Source: an uncultured archaeon (GTDB lineage: Archaea; Iainarchaeota; Iainarchaeia; Iainarchaeales; JAAZKV01). Taken from it: DNA of 42,478 bases. The notes under the pieces were generated by a model. That model ran no database searches. It was not told the origin of the DNA and was given only the letters and a program-made list of their open reading frames with translations. Position 1 is the first letter of the stretch, and every line of letters begins with the position of its first letter. Positions 35,535-42,478 of the stretch are shown here, piece by piece. Location of the stretch: NCBI GenBank assembly GCA_964402905.1, contig CAYODU010000002.1:1-42478 (forward strand), given 5' to 3'. Position numbers and translations under genes: made by a program.

Positions 35535-38500
35535 TTACTGCACTCCACTAATCTTTCTGCTCCCCGCGGTTTCCATAGAAACAAAATCTGTTATATCAAC
35601 TGTTCCATAAGTTATGCTTTGTCCGAAAGTTTTTACTAAAGAACTTTCAATTTGTGTGGAATTAAATGGAACATAATCTTCTCCTACAAAAGTTGCTTTA
35701 AGAGAGTCTCCGTCAATCCATGCAAGCACATTTGGGTTATCGGTTCCAATAATTATTTTTGGATTATTAATTGCAGTATAAACTGTTTGTGACAAATAAT
35801 TGAGATCCACAAGGCGTTTTATGCTGTATATAATTCCCTGCTTTGCAGGAATACTTACTGGGACGCTTGTGAGATCATACGAAACGGTTTCAACAGAATT
35901 ATTAAGATGAGTTTCCGGTTGGCTTTGTATAAAGCTTGTGTGTGGGGTAATACTTGTTTCCAAGAGTTCAGAATCCTGATTGCCCAAAATATTCAAGTCA
36001 ACTCTGCTTATTTCTTTTGCAGGGCTAATTGAAATATTTATTTTTCCTTGAATAAATGCAGTTTGTGCTGAAGTAATTTCGCAAGAATCTAGCGCAAGCG
36101 CACTTTCATCCTGAACACAAATTGGTTTGCCCAAAGGATCAAATTCAAAATTCCAACTTGTCTTTTTATGAACAACATTTCCGTCTTTGTAATTAATAAT
36201 AATATTTCCATCAATCGCTGCCCCGTATGGCCCAGTATCCCCAAAGTAATCATTGTTAATGTCAATGAAACGGAATTGCAGAGTATCTATTTTGCCGACT
36301 TCATTTTCAAGGTTAAAGCTTAAACCATAGTACTTTACTGGGTTATTTCCAAAATCATAATTGTTATCCCAGTTCATATCCACAAAATTCACATAATTTC
36401 CATCAACAAGATATGCGCTGTTTTCAATATTAATTTCTTGGTTAACAGTAGATCCCCAAGTCTGTACAATAACATCTACATATGTTGTTACAAAGCCTGA
36501 CCCCGTAACAGTTGCTTTCGGAGTGAACACTACAGTAGTGTAATTTGGTTTATTTGTGTTTAACTCATATCCAAATGCATTAATGTTTACAGAAGGAATC
36601 AAATAATCTCCAATCGCAATGTATTGACAGTGGTTTGTAAAAACTAAATCCATTTCACTTGTATTGCTAATTGTAAAATCAAAATAATCTTTTGAAATTG
36701 CAAAGCACTGATTGGGATTAGACAAGTGCACATGTGCTCTTGCCGCAATAGCAAACTTGTTTCTTGTTTTATCAGCAAACTTTGCCTTGACAATCAAAGG
36801 ATAATAACCTAAAATATCAGTAAAATTTGGAGCACCTTTTGTCGAATCAAATGTAATATTTTTCCCAGTAATAGTGTATTTTCTTTGTGCATTCGCATTT
36901 ATTGTTTTTTCTATTTTACAAGAATCGCCTTCAGAAGTATTGCATAAAAGCCCCACATCAATAGAAATAGTAACTGGTCTGGAACAATGATTTTTTATAG
37001 TAAAATCTTTTTGATTGCCCCAATAAAGATTTATTTCTTCTTCAAAATAAGAATTTTGTGTTGAGCCATCTGAACTGATATCAATGCATGCAAGACTTGG
37101 GTCGTTTGCATTACCTGAGCCAGCATAAATTTTTTGCCTGTTAATCGGAGCATACTCGTTTTCTTCATTATTTGCATTAACAGAAACATAAACACAATCC
37201 TGCATATATTCATAAACGCCGTCTATTTGTTGAACAAAATAATTTTCATCAATGTTTTCGCTTGGAGCTGAAAGACTATACTCTCCCACTTTTACTTGTT
37301 GTGTACTTCTACAGTTCCTATCAACTTCAATTGAAACATCTGATATAATTGGGTTTCCAGAGCCAAACCTATCAGTAACTTCTCCGTCAAATAACTGGTC
37401 AGGGAATCCTGCAAGGAACTCAGCGCTAAGAAAAAGAGTTTTTCCTATTGACTTTGCATCAACAAAACCTACAAATGTATTTTGGTCAAAGTGCGCTACA
37501 ATAACAAGCCAGTTAGTTGAATTAAATTTGTCTGCATAAACTCCCGTATCAAAAGTTGTGCTTACACCACGTGGAGAAATATTTACTAAACTGCTTGAAA
37601 GAATTTTTTCTGTTGTAGTTTTACCGCCGTCAAAGAAAATATTTCCTTTGCTTGCACTATAGTTTGCTGTCAGGCTTGGCTGTCCAGAATAAGAATAAAT
37701 TTTTAAGGAACCATTTGTAAGAGAAGTTTTTGTGTTGTTTCTTAGCTGTATTGAAAGATCATTTTCTTGTTGTGGATAAATAGTGACTTTCTCTATATTG
37801 TTAATATTATTTGATTTTATATTAAATAATCGGTTACCAAGTTTTAAACTGAAAAACATACCACTATGTATTGGCTGGCCTACAAAGAATTCTTCATCCT
37901 GTAAAGGGGTTTCTGAAGCGCCCACAGAATTACTCGAATTTTTTTCTTTTGCCCTGTATTGGAATAACAAACTATCATTATTTTCTGCGTTAGGACTAAC
38001 TTTAATTGATGCTACAAAAGAATAAGTTCCAACAGGTACATTTTCATTGCCCCATATATACCCTGCTTGTCCAAAATAATTTATGTTGTTACAACTAGTA
38101 GGAAAATAATAATTATCGTCGTGGATTCCTGAAATAGAATCATTTGTTGAATTATTGCATTTGAATAAGTTTTGTTCTTTTCGGTAAGGATCTGGATCGT
38201 TTGGAACAGAATTTGTAAATTCTACAGGGCCATTAGCTCGAACCATGCCAAGCAACGTGTTATAACTAATCGGGGCTCTTGTTATAATATCAAACTTTAA
38301 GTTGTACTCTCCATTAATATCTAAAGCTATAACACTTGATTGTGGGGTATAATAACTTTCATTTTTTGAATAAACATCATCAAAATAAACACTTACATTA
38401 GAATCGTTTTCTCTGCAATCAGGATCGCTATCACCACATTGAGCTTCATTGCAAATGTTGTTGCTTCCGCAATCACAATCAGGGTCTCTTGCTCCGCAAG

Positions 38501-40634
38501 ATATAGTGCATTGCCCATCAGCTACACATGATTCGCAATCATTATCATTAGTGGAGTCACATTGTTCTGGGCAAATTTGGTCATTTGATACACAAGGTCC
38601 GCAATCAGGATCAACATCGCATAAATCATTACAGTAACCATCTGCTCTGCAAATACCTTGGGTGTAAAGCTTGATTAGTAATGAGTTTTCTCCAAAAGCC
38701 AATCCGTTTAAATAAATTGTATTTGGAACATAGTTAACTGCTTTACCAGTAACCGCAAGTTGAGAATTCTTCTCGTAACCCTTGCTTGTAAAAAAACCGC
38801 TTGATTGTGAAAGTTTTTCGCTAAAAACCAAATTATTTTCTTCAATAAAAAAAACATTTACATCAGCATTAGTAATTCCTGCGAGTGTTTGTGCATCAAC
38901 TAATTCTATTTTCAAATAAGCGACATCAATATTAATATTAACATCAAAGTTGACTGTTTGATTTACATCGATGTCTTTTGTGTGAGTTATCTCTGAAAAC
39001 GCCCCATCAAAGTAAGCGGATGCAGCATAAGTTCCCATTGGAATTTGTGGGTAATTTGCTACGCCTGTGCTGTTGGTCAGAATTCCATCTTTTTTTAATT
39101 TCCAATTTTTTATTTGAATGCCGTCAATAATTATGTTAAGGTATAAAAATGCGTTTGCTCTTTGAAGCAATTTTCCGTTGCTTGATTTAACTGTTATGGT
39201 TGCCATGCCACTGTTTGAAGAATTAGCTTTTTTCAAAACTATTGTTTCATAGGAATCAGTAAGTTTAAGCAACGCAGGTTTAAATGGGTTGTATAAGTAA
39301 CCTTCTTTTTCCAAAGTAGCAAAAGCATGTGTGCTCATAATAGAAAGCCCTGTTCTTTTGTACAAACCATTTTTGTCAGTAACGTTTGGTGCACCAGTGT
39401 AATAATAAGAAGTATTATCTGGTGTGGTTCCAAAATACACTCCATTGCTATCAGGAATTGCGTCAAACATTTCAACATTGACATTTGATAAAGCGTTTCC
39501 ATCTTCGTCAACAACTTTAAAGAAAACCATTCTCTTGTCTTCCGGTCTTATTTCTGTTAGCTTAATCATAAGTGTTGTCGTCTGTCCCTTTTTGATATTT
39601 ATGAATATGTTTGAGTCAGCGCTAATCGGGTAATAGTTTTCGTCGCTTATAGTTATCGCATAACTTCCTTCTTCAAATATCTTCTCAGCCCAGCCACCAT
39701 TATCTGTTATTGCATAATCATTAATTGGGCCCTTGTGGAAACTCACTCTTATTTTTGAAAGCATTGTGTTTCCATTAGTTCCTGAAGAATAAACCCCAAC
39801 TTTTGCCGTGCCTGTGTTTGGATCACTAATCTTTTGGAGAGTTATATCAAATCTGTCTTTGTTAGTGGGCAAAGTAACTGCAGTTCCAAGAGCCTCATAA
39901 CCTGGAGCATATGCTTCTGTAACAATAAATGCACAGTTGTTTTCGTTTAAAACAAATAATCCATCATTTGAAGCGTCATCAAGATCAGTAACTCTTTTTA
40001 CTTGGCCTGGGATATCTTTGTTGGCACACTTAAATTTTATGTATGACATTCCATAACTATCAACAATTGTATTCATTGTTTCCGAACTAATCAGACCCAC
40101 TGTGTAAGTTGAAGGAAAAATTTCTTCTTCTGATGCCCTTTCAAGTAAAATACTATTTTCTTTATCGCTTAGTTCAATAATTTCATCTTTAATTCGTTTG
40201 TAACCATCTTTGCTTGCAGAAATAACCCCGAAAAAGATTGGGGGATTGCCAAAAAATATTGAGCCGGCTAATTCAAAAAAATTTTGTTTAATTGAATTTG
40301 TTGTAACAAAAGCTTTTCCATCTGCACTCGTTCTTTCGCTGAAAATTTCGTTATTTATGGTTCCCGCAAGCATAACTCCTCCCAGAGAATTTTTTGTTTG
40401 CGAATCATAAACACTGAAAGTAATATTGTAGGGTGAAGTAAATTTCACTAAGTAAAGAGAAAAACCAAAGATAAAAAGAACAATCAATAAAAATAAAACA
40501 AAACTTGGAATTACTTTGTCAATAGGGTCGATTATCTTGTATACATGTGTTTTTGGATCAATTTTGTCTAGTAAACTATACCATTTATCTTCAAAAAGAT
40601 AGTAGAAATTTTTTATTTTCTCAGAAAAACTCAT
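35535..40634 (-). CDS. Giant N-terminally anchored surface protein (1699 aa) with PEGA/CarboxypepD_reg-like repeats and a Cys/Asp-rich DPDC module
   Basis: ATG 40634 follows GGTGTTGAT plus 4 nt. 44-aa cytoplasmic head (KIKNFYYLFEDKWYSLLDKIDP...IIDPIDK) then a TM helix (SFVLFLLIVLFIFGFSLYLV). Repeated ~90-aa modules ending in GY-type motifs. Cys/Asp knot at aa 662-740. Long Asn/Ser/Thr-rich ectodomain with many sequons. Confidence 0.8.
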   Translation of the reverse strand: MSFSEKIKNFYYLFEDKWYSLLDKIDPKTHVYKIIDPIDKVIPSFVLFLLIVLFIFGFSLYLVKFTSPYNITFSVYDSQTKNSLGGVMLAGTINNEIFSERTSADGKAFVTTNSIKQNFFELAGSIFFGNPPIFFGVISASKDGYKRIKDEIIELSDKENSILLERASEEEIFPSTYTVGLISSETMNTIVDSYGMSYIKFKCANKDIPGQVKRVTDLDDASNDGLFVLNENNCAFIVTEAYAPGYEALGTAVTLPTNKDRFDITLQKISDPNTGTAKVGVYSSGTNGNTMLSKIRVSFHKGPINDYAITDNGGWAEKIFEEGSYAITISDENYYPISADSNIFINIKKGQTTTLMIKLTEIRPEDKRMVFFKVVDEDGNALSNVNVEMFDAIPDSNGVYFGTTPDNTSYYYTGAPNVTDKNGLYKRTGLSIMSTHAFATLEKEGYLYNPFKPALLKLTDSYETIVLKKANSSNSGMATITVKSSNGKLLQRANAFLYLNIIIDGIQIKNWKLKKDGILTNSTGVANYPQIPMGTYAASAYFDGAFSEITHTKDIDVNQTVNFDVNINIDVAYLKIELVDAQTLAGITNADVNVFFIEENNLVFSEKLSQSSGFFTSKGYEKNSQLAVTGKAVNYVPNTIYLNGLAFGENSLLIKLYTQGICRADGYCNDLCDVDPDCGPCVSNDQICPEQCDSTNDNDCESCVADGQCTISCGARDPDCDCGSNNICNEAQCGDSDPDCRENDSNVSVYFDDVYSKNESYYTPQSSVIALDINGEYNLKFDIITRAPISYNTLLGMVRANGPVEFTNSVPNDPDPYRKEQNLFKCNNSTNDSISGIHDDNYYFPTSCNNINYFGQAGYIWGNENVPVGTYSFVASIKVSPNAENNDSLLFQYRAKEKNSSNSVGASETPLQDEEFFVGQPIHSGMFFSLKLGNRLFNIKSNNINNIEKVTIYPQQENDLSIQLRNNTKTSLTNGSLKIYSYSGQPSLTANYSASKGNIFFDGGKTTTEKILSSSLVNISPRGVSTTFDTGVYADKFNSTNWLVIVAHFDQNTFVGFVDAKSIGKTLFLSAEFLAGFPDQLFDGEVTDRFGSGNPIISDVSIEVDRNCRSTQQVKVGEYSLSAPSENIDENYFVQQIDGVYEYMQDCVYVSVNANNEENEYAPINRQKIYAGSGNANDPSLACIDISSDGSTQNSYFEEEINLYWGNQKDFTIKNHCSRPVTISIDVGLLCNTSEGDSCKIEKTINANAQRKYTITGKNITFDSTKGAPNFTDILGYYPLIVKAKFADKTRNKFAIAARAHVHLSNPNQCFAISKDYFDFTISNTSEMDLVFTNHCQYIAIGDYLIPSVNINAFGYELNTNKPNYTTVVFTPKATVTGSGFVTTYVDVIVQTWGSTVNQEINIENSAYLVDGNYVNFVDMNWDNNYDFGNNPVKYYGLSFNLENEVGKIDTLQFRFIDINNDYFGDTGPYGAAIDGNIIINYKDGNVVHKKTSWNFEFDPLGKPICVQDESALALDSCEITSAQTAFIQGKINISISPAKEISRVDLNILGNQDSELLETSITPHTSFIQSQPETHLNNSVETVSYDLTSVPVSIPAKQGIIYSIKRLVDLNYLSQTVYTAINNPKIIIGTDNPNVLAWIDGDSLKATFVGEDYVPFNSTQIESSLVKTFGQSITYGTVDITDFVSMETAGSRKISGVQ

Positions 40635-40675
40635 TCAAATCAACACCGCTAAAAGAGCCCAATAGAAAAAGAGTT

Positions 40676-40692
40676 AAGTAATTAATAAAGCT
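40676..40692 (-). promoter_or_regulatory. TATA-like element upstream of the giant-protein operon
   Basis: The minus strand reads gctttattaattac about 45-55 nt upstream of ATG 40634, leaving a short leader that carries the GGTGTTGAT Shine-Dalgarno. Confidence 0.3.
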
Positions 40693-40761
40693 TTTCATTG
40701 CTGTTTTTCTATGGAAATGTGTATTTCAAAAACAGTTTTTTTTATTTTGATTTATTTGCCA

Positions 40762-42478
40762 TTAAATAATATTAATTTTCAGCTGTTTTGCAATTTCTTC
40801 AGAAACCTTTTTTCCCAAAAGAGCCTCTACTTTAGTTAAATTGTTTTTTACTTCGCTTGGTTTAGTTATTTTTGCATTGTACAAGCGCCTAGCTCTTACT
40901 CTTCCAATTCCCTTTAATTCAACAAGTGGCAATAATTCTTCTTTTACTCCGTGTTTTATTCTAAGAGAAATTTTTTTGCTCGGGAGGATATGTCTTTCTT
41001 CATCTATTACTTTGGATAATTCTATTGTAGAGTACGCGAGCCACTCAATTATCCGCGTTTTTCCAAATAGCACGCCTGGGGCTAGGCCAAATTCTTCAAA
41101 TAAAGCCTGTTCTCTTTTTTCATTAATCCATTGCTCTAGCATTAATGCAGAAAAAAACTTTTCTACAGAACCTTGTTCGTAAAGCAATTCTTCCATTGGA
41201 AAAGGCAATTCGTTTGTGCGAGAATTAAATTCTTCAAAAATCAATCCTGATAATTTTTTTGGTAGTGATAGTAAAGGAAGAAATTCAAAACAATTAGTCC
41301 ACGCGTACAAATAACTAATTGCATTAAAATTCTTTTTTTGTTTTAAAGTATCAATTAATTTTTTTGCACTTAACGGATCTAAGAACAAATCACTTACCCT
41401 TTTTCCAATTGGGGTAGCAACAAAGTACTCGCCTTTTTTTTGTACAAAACCCCACTCTTCTAAATCATCAATTATTTCAAGTACTTTATCAAACAATTCC
41501 GAAACACTTCCTATTTGCTTTGCGTAAAGCGTTTTTTCAAAAAAAGTCCACGCGCTTTTAGTATTATAAATATCTTGTGTTGAAATGAGTGCGAGTAAAT
41601 GCATTCTAAGAACTGGAACAATTGATAGCTTTGAAATAACTGCTTCGGTTTCACCATTTACATATCTTTCAGAGAAAAGTTCTTTTTGATTTTCACTATT
41701 TGCAATAATAATACTTTTGCCTTCACTAGAAAATTTTGGGCGACCTGAGCGCCCCGCCATCTGCTTGTATTCTCTTACAGAAATTAATTCCATTCCATAT
41801 TTTTCGAAGCGATAAAGCGATGGAATAACTACTATGTCGGCTGGAACATTAATTCCCGCTGCAAGCGTTGGGGTAGCACAAATAATTTTTATTTTTCCTT
41901 TGCGAAAATTATCTTCCACAACTTTTCTTTGTTCTCCAACTAGCCCCGCATGATGAAAAGCGCTTCCATTCAAAATGCATTCACTAAGAGAAATGCATTG
42001 TTCTGTAGGTTGTTCTAGTGCTCCCAAAACTTTTTCAGAAATCTTTTTTACAAGAACTATGTCTTCGACAAATTTTTTTGTTTTCTCAGAAAGCTTTTTT
42101 GCCATTCCCTCAGCTCTTTTTCTGGAATTCATGAAAACCAATAATTGTTTATTGTTTTCAAGTGAAAATTCAACTAAATTTTCTAGGGACAAATTATCTT
42201 TTGAGGAATCATTGTATTCTATTAATTGGTCAAGCAAAATACCTTCTCTTAGTTTTGTTGGTCGAAAGTCGCTTTCAATGAGTTCTGCACCAAGCCACTC
42301 CGAAAGTTCTTTAGAATTTGGTATTGTAGCACTCAAACCAAGTATTTTCAAATCAGGGCTAGCGTTTCTTAGTTGTGTAATTGCAATTTCTAAAACAGGG
42401 CCTCTATCTGAATCAATTTCATGTAATTCATCTACCACAAGACAACCAATATTTTTTAACCACTCAGCTTTGTGTCTT
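40762..42478 (-). CDS. hel308: Hel308/Ski2-like ATP-dependent DNA helicase, N-terminus cut by window edge
   Basis: The frame stays open to the window end (..RHKAEWLKNIGCLVVDELHEIDSDRGPVLE = DExH box), so the track start at 42438 is artificial. Also SAT motif GLSATIPN, HHAGL, motif VI QMAGRSGRP, and a C-terminal winged-helix/ratchet/HhH-like tail (LKGIGRVRARRLY). Confidence 0.88.
   Translation of the reverse strand, partial: RHKAEWLKNIGCLVVDELHEIDSDRGPVLEIAITQLRNASPDLKILGLSATIPNSKELSEWLGAELIESDFRPTKLREGILLDQLIEYNDSSKDNLSLENLVEFSLENNKQLLVFMNSRKRAEGMAKKLSEKTKKFVEDIVLVKKISEKVLGALEQPTEQCISLSECILNGSAFHHAGLVGEQRKVVEDNFRKGKIKIICATPTLAAGINVPADIVVIPSLYRFEKYGMELISVREYKQMAGRSGRPKFSSEGKSIIIANSENQKELFSERYVNGETEAVISKLSIVPVLRMHLLALISTQDIYNTKSAWTFFEKTLYAKQIGSVSELFDKVLEIIDDLEEWGFVQKKGEYFVATPIGKRVSDLFLDPLSAKKLIDTLKQKKNFNAISYLYAWTNCFEFLPLLSLPKKLSGLIFEEFNSRTNELPFPMEELLYEQGSVEKFFSALMLEQWINEKREQALFEEFGLAPGVLFGKTRIIEWLAYSTIELSKVIDEERHILPSKKISLRIKHGVKEELLPLVELKGIGRVRARRLYNAKITKPSEVKNNLTKVEALLGKKVSEEIAKQLKINII

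Noticed and set aside
31142-40634. Diversity-generating retroelement targeting the surface proteins (DGRs are reported in some DPANN lineages)
   Set aside because: No reverse transcriptase gene is in the window, and I could not spot a template/variable repeat pair by eye. A proper self-alignment of the region would be needed to exclude it fully.
40701-40748. Perfect 8-bp hairpin (ctgttttt / aaaaacag, 19-nt loop) followed by a T8 run on the plus strand, in the helicase / giant-gene spacer
   Set aside because: It looks like a plus-strand terminator, but both flanking genes are on the minus strand, where the T-run becomes an upstream A-run. It might stop antisense transcription or be fortuitous in AT-rich DNA, and sequence alone is not enough to call it.
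1-42478. tRNA, rRNA, CRISPR arrays, transposases/integrases, prophage or toxin-antitoxin/defense cassettes
   Set aside because: No GC-rich ~75-nt islands carry T-loop-like GGTTCGAAT/GGTTCAAAT signatures in either orientation. I saw no regularly spaced direct repeats and no recombinase-like ORFs. All sizeable ORFs are accounted for by housekeeping genes or the surface-protein operon. This rests on reading by eye only.

Overview
AT-rich (about one-third G+C by eye), densely packed archaeal chromosome segment. PolD DP1/DP2, Orc1/Cdc6, ribosomal proteins eS1 and uS15, Bud32, CDP-archaeol synthase, archaeal-type D-aminoacyl-tRNA deacylase and SepF mark it as archaeal. Short proteins, tiny spacers, GGTGAT-type Shine-Dalgarno sites, frequent GTG/TTG starts and giant surface proteins suggest a small-genome DPANN-like archaeon (inference). 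Left to right: porGDAB (porG cut by the window edge), nitroreductase, histidine phosphatase, DtdA, a short DUF1846 protein, ADP-forming acetyl-CoA synthetase, Dus, a winged-helix regulator divergent from grpE-dnaK-(orphan ORF)-dnaJ, a putative lipoprotein, Bud32, uS15, eS1, a DUF92-CarS-archaeosortase-like cluster, secF-secD, Nog1 GTPase, UPF0147-PolD DP1-DP2 (DP2 carries a 1-nt frameshift near its 3' end), a small 2-TM protein, Orc1/Cdc6 beside a repeat-bearing AT-rich spacer (candidate oriC), SepF coupled to a tail-anchored unknown, a ~9.5 kb three-gene minus-strand operon of giant surface proteins (1699, 559 and 885 aa), and a Hel308/Ski2-like helicase cut by the right edge. I found no tRNA, rRNA, CRISPR array, transposase or integrase. 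The best candidate for an undescribed system is the giant surface-protein operon. It may be linked to the archaeosortase-like gene next to the archaeal lipid genes, because one operon protein ends in a sortase-style signal. All functional calls rest on motif recognition by eye; no searches were run.
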